Shown one piece after another: positions 1 to 11,999 of a stretch of 64,000 nucleotides of DNA (positions are counted from its first letter, which is position 1; each line of letters starts with the position of its first letter). Source of the stretch: Vicugna vicugna. Taxonomy: Eukaryota. The position numbers and the translations under genes are program-made. The stretch is taken from positions 993,690 through 1,057,689 of the forward strand of contig MU058384.1 in the NCBI GenBank assembly GCA_013265495.1. Direction: 5' to 3'. Under the pieces are notes generated by a model. That model searched no databases, was not told where the DNA came from, and saw nothing but the letters and a program-made list of their open reading frames with translations.

Positions 1-56
1 TCCAAAAGCCCTCTGTTGGCGCCCTGGACTGTGCTGCTCCCAGTGGCTGTCGGCTA

Positions 57-237
57 GCAGATTGCACCCCCTCCCAACACTGGGTCAGATGCTGAGCTCT
101 TACCCAGTGGGTGGGCGGGTGAGTCACTCCCCCTCCTGATTCTGCAGTCAGATGCTGCACTTGGGTGAGGCAAGTGGGCAGATCGCGCCCCCTCCCAGCA
201 CTGTGGTCAGGTGCTGCGTTCCTGCCAGGAAAGCAGG
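57..237. repeat. Three degenerate ~60-bp tandem units inside the L1 5'UTR
   Basis: CCCCCTCC cores at 67, 129 and 188, each followed by ...GTCAGRTGCTG. Confidence 0.65.
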
Positions 238-618
238 TTGCCGCCTGCCATCTCCTGGTGCAGGTCGCTCTGCTGCTCTGTGCAGCTGCCTGCTCCACCT
301 TGGGTCAGTGCTCCCAAGGTGGGCTTGGGGAAGACTGCAGAAAGGCCCTGCCCCTGCTCCGTGCCAAATCTCAGCTCCTTGTTTGTCTTGGCACGAGTTC
401 TCTGAGGTGCCAGGGAGGAAAGATCCTATTTGCCTTGGTCTGTAAACAAGTCTCAGTCCTGCCTAGGAGGTTCCAGAGCCACTGGGTGCAGATTCAGGTC
501 TCGGCCCTGCCCCCGCCTGGGTGCTGCGCCCAGGAGGAGATGGTGACTGTTTGAGCCCCACCTCTCCTCTCGTGAGAAGTGCCAGTAATGGTGGTGCAGG
601 TCTGAGGAGAGAAAGACT

Positions 619-900
619 ATGGCGCCTCCCCCCCACCCAGGGCACACCAGCCGTGTTGCTTTGCTTTTTTCGCAATTATGGGGGACTGAGGTTGTTCTGC
701 ATCCCCTCCCAGCCACGGCGTGCAGCCCTCTGCAGTCCCCTGGGACTGCCTCAGTGCAGCCACCCCAGTCCTCTGCCCAGCTCGGGTGGCCTGTCCCGGC
801 CCCCAGCTGCTGGCTCACATCTCAGGCTGGGTGTCACGGAGACACTTTGTACCCGTTTAACTCAGTTCTGTCGGTCAAGGGGTGCTTGGGGCAGATCTGA
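619..900 (+). other. 93-aa ATG-initiated ORF antisense to the L1 5'UTR (ORF0-like position); coding status unproven
   Basis: Context actATGG (A at -3, G at +4). Lies at about L1 nt 593-312 in antisense. Confidence 0.3.
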
Positions 901-1190
901 GCCTCAGAGGCTTCCCCTCCATCCCGCTGGCCTGTTGGAGGGGGGAGACCAAGTGAATGAGCTCCAGTCCTCCTCTGCTGCTCCCTCCCCGTGGGATCAG
1001 TCCTGCACTGTTTTGCTTTGTCTTCTTTCTTTTTTCCTTTTCTCCTACCAGATTTTTGGCGTCTTTGTCTTTCAAAGAGGGTGATGTTCTGTCAGAGTTT
1101 GGCAGGTGCTCTGGTTGGCTGAGTAGGTCCGTAGATGTGAGTTTTGGTGTATTTGTGGGAGAGGGTGAGCTACAAGCGTCCTTCTACTCT

Positions 1191-1199
1191 GCCATCTTG
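1191..1199 (-). promoter_or_regulatory. YY1-type motif (CAAGATGGC) at the L1 5' end
   Basis: gccatcttg on the plus strand, 12 nt inside the L1 5' boundary, where L1 YY1 sites are known to sit. Confidence 0.7.
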
Positions 1200-1389
1200 C
1201 TTCATATCCCCTTGATATCTTTTTTATATGAGCATTGTATCTTTAAATTGTTCATGTTCTATTTTTGGGGGGGAAATAAGTTGATATAAAAATCTGCACT
1301 CCCCCTAAAAAAATTTCCAAGAAAAGTTATAAATTTTAAATCTGTTGCACATTCTAGAGGCTCTTTTTCTCTCTGGCCATGTCTACTTC

Positions 1390-4300
1390 CAATAAAGTTA
1401 CCCTTTAAAACTGAAAGAGAAATAAAGATGTTCTCAAACAAAAAGAGACTCAATTTCCAGTAGACCTACCCTGTAAGAATTTAAAAGATATTCTTCAGGC
1501 AGAAGAACAATAATATAGATAATAAACATATCTACATGAAAAAGAAAAATAAAGAAAAGAAAAATACAACCTTCTATTTTTCTCATTTTTAATTGTTCTA
1601 AAATATAACTGTTCATTTAAAACAATAACATTGATAATGTATTGGTTAATTTATTAGCATATGGATAAGTGAAATGAGTGACATAAATGTCACAGGGGTA
1701 GGAGGGAAGAATTAGGAATACTCTGATATGACACTTGTATTCCAGACAAAGAATAAGATTGTTTGAATATAAACTGAGATTAGTAAAAATGTATACTAGT
1801 AAATGCATATTGTAAACTCTAGGGAAATTATTATTTTTTAAAAAAGAGGTAAAAATTAATGTGCTAAACTAAGGAGATAAAATCAAATAATGAAAACTCA
1901 ATTAAAATCAGAACAGGCAGAAAAAGGAATCTCTGGCAATTAATATGAAAGTTTAAAATATTGCTCATATTAATCTAAATATATCAGTAATCATTTTAAG
2001 ACACCAGCTGAAAAACAAAGATGGGAAATGGTCAAAATAGATTAAAAAAAAAAAACCCGAAGCCATGTGTTATCTATAAAAATACAGTTTAAATATAAAG
2101 ACTTTGATAGGGTAAAGTTAGAAAGATGGAAAATGATATGTAATGCTAACACAAATCAACAGAGAGCTCGTGTAACTAGACAAAGTACACTTCAGAGTAA
2201 ATACAATCATCAAGTGTAACAATGCTAGATGCATTTTCACTCACCCATCTAAACAAAAACCTGAGGCAAAAATAGAAAAAAATTGAAAGGAAAAATAGGC
2301 AAATCCACTCTCTTAGTTACTATTAGTTATCATTATCACTAGTAATTGATAAGGCAAACAGGCAGAAAATAAGGATAGAGTTGACCTGAAGAGAACTGTC
2401 AATCAACTTTATCTAATTCATATTTATAGGAAACTTCATCCAAGAAGAGTAGAAGACACATTCTTCCCAAATTTTCATGGAACTTTCACCAAGATAGACT
2501 GTTTTCTGGACATAAAACACACATGAACAAATTTAAAAGAATAGAAATCATACAGTCATGTTCTCATACCACAATGGAAATCAGTAATGGAAAAATTGCT
2601 GGAAAATCCCCAATATTTGAAGAATAAACAACATACTTCTAAATCACACATGGGTCAAAAAAGTCTCAAGGGCAATTTTAAAATATTTTAACCAAATTAA
2701 AATGAAAATACAACTTATCAAGATTTGTCAGACGCAGCAAAGCAATATTTAGAGGGAAAATTATAGCACTGAATGTTTATATTAGAAAACTAGAAAGACT
2801 TAAAATTCATAACCTAAGCTTCCAACTTAAGAAACTAAAGGAAAAAAAATTTGAACACAAAATAAGCAGTTACAAAGTAACAAAAATTGTAGTAGAAAAC
2901 AATAATATTGTAAACAGAAAAAAGTGTCAGCAAAGCTGTTAAACTGTAAGATGAGTCTTTGCAAAGATCTGTAAACTTGATAAATCTCTAGCCAAACTAA
3001 GCAAGGAAAAAAAAAGCAAAGAAGATACAAATTATTAACATCACAAATAAAAGAGAAGTAATACTCAGTCCATGGAAACTGAAAAGAAAATCAAGGCATA
3101 ACATGAACAGCTCTAGGTCCACAAATTTGAGAATTTAGATGGACATTCAGTGAAAGATAAATTACAAAAATTCACACAAGGAGAAAAAGATAGTTTGAAT
3201 AGCCTTGTACTTCTTAAAAAAATTGGTTTATAACTAATTACCTTCCCCCCAAAATCACTATGCCACAAATGTTAATACTGTAAATCCTACCAAACATTTA
3301 ATGTTAGAAATGATAACAAGTCATTCCAGAAATTAGAACCCAAAGGAATACTTTCTAACTCATTCTATGAATCCAGTATTATATACTAAATCAGATAAAG
3401 GCATTATAAGAAAGAAAAACTAGAGGTGGATATCTATTACAGTAGACACAAATTTTTCTACAAAATATTACCAAAGCAAATCCAAAAATGTATAAAACAA
3501 ATTATATACTGTAATCAAGAGAGATTTATTCCAGGTATGCAAAGCTCAATATCTGCAAATAAATCAAATATAATCTACCACATCAACAGACTGAAAAAAA
3601 AATCCTAGCATCATATTAATTGATGCAAAAAATGCATTTGACAAAATGCAATGCTCATTAGTAATAAAAGCTTCCCGCAAACTAGGAATAAAGAAAAACT
3701 ACCTTAATGTGATGAAGAACATCTACAGAAATAGCTACAATGAACCTCATAATAGTGATAAACTGATCACTTTCCTCATAAAATTAGGAATAAAGTAAGA
3801 AATACCTCCCTTACCACACATACTTATACCACACCTACACTGTACTCTAAGTCCTACCTAACCCAGTAAGATAAGAAAAGGAAATAAAACTACTCAGGTT
3901 GGAAAGAAGGAAATAAAACCGTCTCTATTAGCAGATGGCATGAAAGTTTACTTAGAAAATCCCAAAGGATCCCACCAAAGTTCCTGGAATTCAGCAAGGG
4001 TTAATATACAAAATCCAACTGCTTTTACATCTACCAGAAATGAACAAGGGGACTTCTAAAAATCAATCTCTCTCTATAAAAATCTGTATTTGTATAAATC
4101 AATATTATATATAATTATTAGAATCATTTTCTATTGTATCCATAAAGTGAATTAAATAGGTATACATCTAACATAATATGTCTATGACATATATGTGGAA
4201 AAATATAAACTTTGATTAAAAAAGAAAACCTTAAAGATCTACATAAATCATGAGATATTCTGCATTCATTGATTAGAGGATTCAGTAGTGTTAAGATGTC

Positions 4301-4710
4301 AAATTTTCCTAACTTCTTGTTTATATTCAGTGCAATACCAGTGAAAATCTCAGCAAGTAATTTTTCAGATACTGACATACTTATTTGTGGAAAGTCAAAG
4401 GAAACAAATAGCCAACACAATACTAAAGAAGAACAAAATTGGAGAACTTACAATACTTAATTTTAAGACAATGTAAGTCTACATTAAAAGAATGTAAAAT
4501 TGGCAAAAGAATAAACAGATGATGGAAAGGAATAGAGAACCGAGAAATAGATTGACACAACTATATTCAACTGATCTTTGATAAAGTAACAAAGGCAATT
4601 CACTGGATAAATGATGGTCATTTCAATAAACAGTGCTTGAAAAACCTTGGACATTCATATGCAAAATAAAATGAATCTTGACACAAACCTTATACTTTTC
4701 ACATAAATAT
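1390..4710 (+). mobile_element. Old degraded LINE-1 (end of ORF1, spacer, most of ORF2)
   Basis: A-rich strand. ORF fragments translate to L1 ORF2 motifs, e.g. QERFIPGMQ...IIYHINRLK (3426-3608) and VKMS..P..LFIFSAIPVKI (4269-4460). Many stops and frameshifts. Confidence 0.9.
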
Positions 4711-4714
4711 ATTT

Positions 4715-5105
4715 CTGCCCATATTTCCCTTAAAGAGAGGACTTTCCTTCCAGTTTATGGATTAAGTTTAACAGAGAGCCTTCACTTCTCAGTTCCCTCA
4801 GTCTGTCTCAGTTGCAAAGATTTCTTCTCCTGAGACTATACCATTCCCTAACCTGATGACAAGCAGTGACAGAACAAGAGGATATAAAGACCCAGCCACT
4901 TGGACTCAACATGAGACATTCTGAAGGACACTACTCATTCCAGAGCTTCCCTCCAGGGTAGACTACAGTTTCACTGGGCCTGGATTGCAATTTGAGTTTT
5001 TCCTGTGCCAAATTCTGCTGTTTCTTCTCGTCACAGCTGTTGATCACTAATAAGGTGTATATCAAAGTCTGCTTTAACATCTGCTTCCAGAGAACCTAAT
5101 CTTTG
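4715..5105 (+). mobile_element. Solo ERVL-class LTR (LTR16-like)
   Basis: TATAAA box at ~4882 and a 3' end CTGCTTCCAGAGAACCTAATCT resembling LTR16-family termini. Confidence 0.55.
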
Positions 5106-5369
5106 GAACAGAGAAAAGTAGAATGAGAATAGCCCATGACTACTCCATTATTACACACAGCCACATTATTACTCTGTATTACACTACAAGTGCTTCAGTC
5201 TAGGCTTTTTTCAAAACCATTTTATTTAATGCTATTGAGTGAGAATTGCATTTCAGGTATATTAATGATTAATAGAGTGTTGTAGATTTGCCTAAAGACT
5301 AGGCCAATGTACACTTAAAGACAAGAATATAATACACATAAGGTAGGGATAGTTTACAGACAGAACTAC

Positions 5370-6750
5370 CAAATGTTTGCAAAATAACTACAAACCATAT
5401 ATAACAATATACAAAATAAATATTCCATCATGATCCAACAGAGTTTATTCCAGGCATGCAAGGAAAGTTTAACCACTAGAAAATAACTTAATGGAAGTTG
5501 GAACATTAATCTATTATAAATTATCTCACAAGTATAGAATAAGTATCTGTAAGTTAGCAACTTTTCCTAATAAAAAACATTTTCTAAAAAAAAATAGGAA
5601 ATGATACTTAGTTTGAACATATAGGAAAACATTCAATCCTTTAAAAAAGAGAATTGCAAACAATTGCATTTAGTTGTGTACAGGAGGGTTTAGATCAGCA
5701 TTCCTCAACTTCAACAGTACCAACATCTCAGGCTGAGTAACAATTGTAGAGGACTGTTTTTAGCTTTGTAAATGTTTAGCAACATTATTGGCCTCTACCC
5801 ACTCCAGTCCAGTAGCACCCTGTCCAATTGTGACAACCAAAATTATCTTCAGTCATTGGCAAATGTTCCCTGGGAAGCAAAATTTTTTTACCCGTTAAGA
5901 ACCATTGTTTTAGATAACACTGAATAATAAGATAAATATATAAGAATAGTAGCACCAAAAAAAACCACCAAAATGGTATTATCAATATGATTTCCTGTAC
6001 CACAGTTCTAAGAAACTGTATCAATAAAATTATGAGAATGATTTAAATGAGGTTAGAAATTTTATAAAATGTATCAATATTTAACACACTAAATCAGTAA
6101 ATTAAAATTAGTTGTATTCCTAAATACTGGCCACCATTACAAAGTGTACCTTTAAAAATACCATTTTCAATAGCAACATGAATTAACAAAAGATATATAA
6201 GATTTTCATGAAGAAAATTATGAAATTTTTGAATAACTTTTAAAAGACATACATGAATACAGGCATCATGGTTATGTGCAGGATTAATATGATTATTATG
6301 TCATTTATTCACATAGTAATCTATAGTAAATACAGTAAAATCCTGAGACATTGGGCCATTGTCTGAGACTGAGCCTGTGTATAAATAGTGGAAAACTGGA
6401 GAAACCCAAAATGTCCATGAATAGCTAAGTGAAAAATAAAATGCATTATTACACTGAGGTACTCAAGCAGTGAAATAAATTGACTAAAACTTCATATATA
6501 AACATAAATGGATTTTTAACACTATACATCATGCAAAATTAAATTGTAGAAATATTTTATCATCTATATGAGTTTAAAAATGTATTATAAAATCATTTGA
6601 AAAGATAAATGCACTTTCAATGAAGGCATAAAGATAAGCATGGGAACATTAGAGAAATACAATTTTAACCTTTACTACTATGAAATAAAGATAGATGATG
6701 CAATTGGAGAAGACTAAGCATGGTGCTTCAGCTGTATCTGTAATAGGAAA
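5370..6750 (+). mobile_element. Very old L1 ORF2/3' fragments, interrupted by MER20
   Basis: GTTTATTCCAGGCATGCAAG (FIPGMQ) at ~5442 and further L1-like A-rich segments. Confidence 0.55.
5696..5907 (-). mobile_element. MER20 hAT-Charlie MITE
   Basis: CAG/CATTG termini, internal TTGTGACAACCAAAA...GGCAAATGTTCCCTGGG, and an 8-bp TSD gtttagat (5688-5695) / ttttagat (5908-5915). Confidence 0.85.
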
Positions 6751-6779
6751 AACTTTGGTACATTTTTCAAAACTAAAAA

Positions 6780-7340
6780 TCTGACATTGGCACATTACTG
6801 ATAACAAAACTTAAGACTTCATTTTGATTTCACCAGTTTTTCCGTAACAGTCTCTTTCTGTCTGGGAATGAATCCAGGGTGCTTCATAATTCATTGTCAT
6901 CTCTCCTTGGTTTCCTCTGGTCTCAGTTTTCCTTGGTTTTCATGAATTTGACAGTCTAGAGGAGTCCTGACCAGGTGTCCTCTGCAATGCCCTGCAGTCT
7001 GGGTCTGTCTGGTGTTCTCCCTGTGATAAAACCAGGGCTCTGGGTTTTTGGAAAGTATAATGTAGAGGTGAAGTACCCTTCTCTTGACATCCAATCAGGG
7101 ATACATGATATTATATGGCATCACTCATTCACCTTGTTGTTTCGTCACTTGGTTAGGGTAGTTTTTCAGATTTTTTCCACTGTTCAGTTAATTTTTTTTT
7201 TCCTTTCCGTGCACTATTCTTTGGAAGTGAGGAGTCAGTAAATTTAGCCCACCATCCAGCGTAGTGACGGTGGCCTGAGGGGAAGAGGTTGTCCGTGCAG
7301 AGAGTTAAGTTCTACCTCCTGGAAAGTAGAGTTTCTATGC
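6780..7340 (-). mobile_element. L1MC-type 3'UTR fragment
   Basis: GATTTCACCAGTTTTTCC...GGGTCTGTCTGGTGTT...AGAGGTGAAGTACCCTTCTC matches my recollection of the L1MC3/4 3'UTR. Confidence 0.7.
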
Positions 7341-8029
7341 AGACATAATTCATTTTGAGAGACAGTTATGATGAAAGCAACATAGTTCTCATAGGATGTG
7401 ACTGAATAGTTTATTTCCATTAATTAAACTGTATTATAATCAATAAGGGAATTAATGTATTTAGTTAATATTATTTATTCAACTTTTAGCCCTATGGAGC
7501 AATTAAAGTGGTAAAGTGTTAAATATTAACTAACATAACCCTAGGTAAGAATAATTGATTTTAGTCAATGTAGAAATTTTTGAATAAAAAACACATTTAA
7601 ATAACCCTATTATATTGTTCCATTTACATCTGTTGATAATAATGTGCATATAATTTGGTTCTCCTTGAAGTTTTTTTTTTTACCCTTCCATTTAGAGTAA
7701 CCCAGGATGCAATTCAAAATTCACTATATCTAATTACATTTCTTGTTTACTGTACTTTTTTTTCCTGATAAGTACTTCATGTAAGCTTGTGTTTATGAGA
7801 ATTTTGGCCAAAAATAGATGAAATACTGCACTCTCAAAGTGCAGTATTCTTTGAGGCTTATTGGAAAAAGAACTCACAAAATTGCATACTAATTTAGTAG
7901 CAGGTATTAGAGGGTTCAGCAATCTTTAGCTGTTTTATGAATTGTTTTTATTCTATTGTCTTAACAAAGTCATTTATTTCCTGTATGTTGTTTACAGTTC
8001 CATGTATATACCCAGCAAGCTGGGGGATC

Positions 8030-8480
8030 TGTTAGTGGAAGGAACATAAACATTGAAGTCAGACATTCGATTTCCTTCTCTGCCAATTACTGGCCTTGGG
8101 ATTTTAGGCAATCTAAGTTAATTTGTACATTTTTCCTCATTTGTAAAATAAGGTGTATAGTTACTAACTTTACAGGGTTGTTATAAAGATAGAAAATAAT
8201 GCTTGAAGAGTATTGATTGCAGTGTATGCCAGAGAAGAGATACTCAACACATTTTTTTCTTTCACTTTCTCCCTTCACCTTGAGAATCAATCAGGCCAGT
8301 GTTCAAATCCCTGCTTAACTGTTCACTTTCTCCTTGATCTTGGGAAAAGTTCCTTAACTTTGATGTTGGTCTCTTCTTTTGGAAGAGACTAATACAGTAT
8401 CGATCTCATTGTTGGAGACAGCAATCTCGTTTTGGGTGACAAAATGTCTAAGCACCTAGCGAAATCTCTGATAACATGGC
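8030..8480 (+). mobile_element. Two adjacent MIR SINE remnants
   Basis: MIR core TTTTCCTCATTTGTAAAATAAGG (~8131) and GTTCAAATCCCTGCT...GATCTTGGGAAAAGTTCCTTAAC (~8301-8357). Confidence 0.7.
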
Positions 8481-8809
8481 TGCTTAAGATTTCATTTTCC
8501 CTTTCCTTCCTCCTCATCTAGAACACAAACTAGTATTTGGATTCTAGTGACAATTCACAATTTTAACTTTTATTTCAGAAAATTGTCAAAGTGCTCTGTG
8601 CCAATTCACAAGTACTAGTAACTCTTACATTAATGCATAAATAAAGACAAGGTGAAACTAGTTTAATAACTGATGCATGAAAACCAGAGCGTAATACAAG
8701 ACCCCTGTGCTGGAGAGCCCAGTTAAATTCGCTGTTTATTTTACTAACTCATGTGTGTCCTGTCTGCTTAGAAAGGATTTAAAGCGGACCCTGAGATTGA
8801 TAGTAGGGA

Positions 8810-8970
8810 AATCTGTGTTTCTGTCCTGTCTTGGCTACTTACAGTCTGTATAACTTACAATAAGGCATTGAACCCCATGGAGTCACAGTTTCCTAATCTC
8901 TAAGTAATACTGATATAGATATTTTAGGGTTGTAAAAATTAAGTTAGATATATAATACATAATTAGTATA
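8810..8970 (+). mobile_element. MIR SINE remnant
   Basis: CTACTTACAG..TGT..AACTT..AATAAGGCATTGAACC...CAGTTTCCTAATCT. Confidence 0.55.
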
Positions 8971-10053
8971 TAACCATATGCAATGAATAATGTGTGTTTG
9001 CTAACTCTAAGGACTATACATGATTAGTGATGATACTGTCTTGGATTCTTTATATGTTCTTTATATTTTATTTGAATCTGCCCATAGAATGCAGAGCCAA
9101 GGGCTAAAGCAGTTTTATAAAGGAGGTCCTTAACATTTTCGGTTTTGAGTCTTTGTTCTTTTCCAGCAGAAGCTTCAGGTATTCCATCTCACCAAGCGCT
9201 CTGCCTTAAGCGGTGTGGGCAGCACTGACAGTGGCCTGGCTAACTACCAGCTTACCAGGAGGGGGACTTGCTTAATTGCCTGAATTCTGGCTTCACAAAG
9301 CAGCTTTCACACCTAAAGCTGGAGCAGCTCACATCTGTGCCTGTCAGGCTTCTGCCTTGCAGATGAAGAAATCAGCTGTGCCTGGTCCCCCCAGGATACC
9401 CAGGGGGGTCCAAGCCTCATGCATAAAGTCAAAACACACACGCTCATTTCCATATAGAATACAAATAACGTATTCATTTAATAAGATAACTCCTGAAACT
9501 TACTGCACATGTTATTTTAAGCTCCTGTGCAGGTAATTACAATCCTGCTTAGGAAAAATCGATGAAACCATTAGATCAAAACCAAATTTCCTTCATTTTA
9601 TTTGCACATGTGTCATCTCTGTGTGCATTTGCAGTACTTTTCTTAAATACACTCACCCAGAACAATCTTTCTCTTTAATGTTGAGGTAATTTATGATATT
9701 ACTTTAGGCTATGTGCTCTGTGTGTGTGTGTACAAATGCAGTGGAAAGAAGGATAAAGGATTTATTAGCTTTTATAGATATAGGTGTATTATTCATTTTA
9801 GAGCTATAAAATGTATATTTTTATTGCTCTGCCATCAAAAGAATCCCTGGCTGCTGATAAGGTGCAGGGATCCACAGGATGCTATATAATCAAGTACCAT
9901 GCTTGACTTCACATCTGAGAGCCCCAACAGGGTTCTGATAATGACACCTCTGATGGTGAGATTTTAATTACTCAGCTCCTGCTCAGTACAGCAACTGCAC
10001 AAATAGGGGAGAATGCACATATAAGGCAATTCTGCACTTTCATCATTACCAAT

Positions 10054-10380
10054 TGTAGTGGTTTGGTACCGTTTCAGCTTAGCTAAGCCAAAACTACATT
10101 TCCCCAGAATTTCCTTCCCTGCGAGGTTCCTGGTTAGGGTTAGCCACAAGAAACATTTGTGCAAAGCACGGAATGTAGAAATAGAGGTAAAGCAGCAGTC
10201 ATTGTACTCAAGGTGTGGGGGAGATGCCTCAGCCAATGCTGCTCACACACAACGTCACTGATCTGCGGGCTCGTTTTCTAGTTGTGGGAAGCAGTTGGGC
10301 GGCAGCTCCTGCAGCTTCACCTCGATCTCCTTCGCCAGCTGCCTCAATTCCTAGGCCAGAAATGTATGCAGCTCTGTGGC
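10054..10380. mobile_element. Probable ERVL/MaLR-class LTR fragment; family not assigned
   Basis: TGTAGTGG start followed by AACTACATTTCCCCAGAATTTCCTTCCCTG, a segment typical of old ERVL LTRs. Confidence 0.5.
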
Positions 10381-11999
10381 CCCAATAAATATGTTTTAAC
10401 TACTTTGAATCAACATCCATTTCCAAATTCACTTTGACCTAGGATCCTAGTATCAGTAGTCTAAATCTGAGGTTGAAATTCAAAGCCAACACATTAATTA
10501 TAATTCACTGTCTCTTGAGTATAATGTTTCATAAAGTACACCCAGGCGGTCCACAATGTCATCTGAAGTGTGACTCTCAGTGTTTACATTTTTTATTGGC
10601 ATCTAGTGCTTCTATTAATGGTTGTTTGTTCTACTGCCTCTTTTCCATCTCATTGTCATTGTTGTTATTTTAAACATAGTAGGAGGAGGGCAGGTGTTCC
10701 AATGAAGTAAGACATGAATCAGCAATGTTCGACGGGTAGCTACTTTAGTCAAGGCCAGCTTTATATGTGTTAATTACTATGTGATGAGTTACAGCTGAGA
10801 AATCCTCCCAGCTCAACTCCCAGGTGTTCAGAAAATATTTTCAGAAGAGCTATAATAATCTTTACCGCTCGTCTGTAACAATGTTTTCTTCATTATCAGT
10901 AGTGATGCCTCCCTTTTGTTAAAGATCTGTAATTCTTGAAAACCGCTGAAAAAGTGCCAAGTATACTGGCAGAAGTAACCCTGGAAGATGCAACCTCCTA
11001 GGTGGAAATTAATTATATGAATTAATAGTTTTTATTTTGAAAAGCTGACAGTTCCAGGAGACCAAATTCACAGAACAAGCATGCTGATGGAAGGAAGGAG
11101 AAATGGATTGAGGTGAGACATTGATCATTGTCAGAGAGTGAACACTGGAGGTGGTAACAGGTTAGACTTTCGTGGTTTACAGATACTAAACTTTTAAAAA
11201 TAAACTTTTGTTCCTCCTTGGTAAGTTATGGGGAGGTTTTGCCTTCAAATACGAGAATGGCAGGAAGGACGTTTGTCTTAATTCACATTAGATCTCTGCT
11301 TTATCAGAAAACCTAAGCAGTAGCTTCACTTTCCTTACTGATGGCTCAAATGAACCATGCCAGTATGCTGTCACAGAACTGAAGACTGAGGACAATCAAC
11401 GGAGGCATTGGGAGGCGGAGAGGCAGGAGACTAAAACCATTGCAATATTTATATAATCAAGGCCAGCAAAGCAAAATTCTGACATGAAAAGATCTTCAGT
11501 AAGTTCACTGTGTCTCCCACCAGATTCTTCTCCCACATTAGGTGCTTTCCAGCTTATAAACACTTTATACTCCCTACAAAGCAATGCAGCTTTCTGACAA
11601 AGCACTGAACATACTGAATCTCCCTCCTTAAGTAGTGGAGATGCCACTTTCCTTTATTTCTTAGCTCTCAATAACAAACCTTTTCGCATATGCTTTTGTG
11701 CCTCCTCCAGAACTCATGAAGCAGCTTGACTTTAAGATCCTTGATGAGAAGGGTATAGTTTATCCAAATCCAATAACTCTTTGTTAATACCAACTGTTTT
11801 TTTTAACCCCAGCAACTAGTCTGATTTTCTTTCTACTCATTACGCTTAGAAGTTTTCATATACAAATAAGAGTTTTATTAGGCAATGTTATTTTTTTCAA
11901 ATCCATTTAATTTTCAGACTCCTACTTTTTATTCACAGATAGATAGAATGACAGATAGATGGACTGATGGACAAATAAGAAAATAGCTATAGATAATAA

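Larger units (their letters stand above)
1..1211 (-). mobile_element. 5' UTR / internal promoter end of a relatively young LINE-1; the element continues off the left edge of the window
   Basis: GC-rich block ending abruptly at 1211. The minus strand starts GGGGATATGAAGCAAGATGGCAGAGTAG, a typical L1 start with a YY1 core. It is preceded by AT/AAAAAAGATATCAA (1212-1225), which resembles an L1 endonuclease site/TSD. Confidence 0.85.

Noticed and set aside
152..1084. Long overlapping ORFs (up to 187 aa) as a host protein-coding gene
   Set aside because: They lie in a GC-rich L1 5'UTR, several start at non-ATG codons, and none resembles a protein I know. Only the 619-900 ORF is kept as a hypothesis.
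1262..1312. Hairpin TTTTGGGGGG...CCCCCTAAAA
   Set aside because: Made only of homopolymer runs; expected by chance.
3426..4460. ORFs with reverse-transcriptase-like motifs as functional genes
   Set aside because: Short frameshifted pieces of decayed L1 ORF2; the same holds for ORFs at 13114-13695 and 46302-46487.
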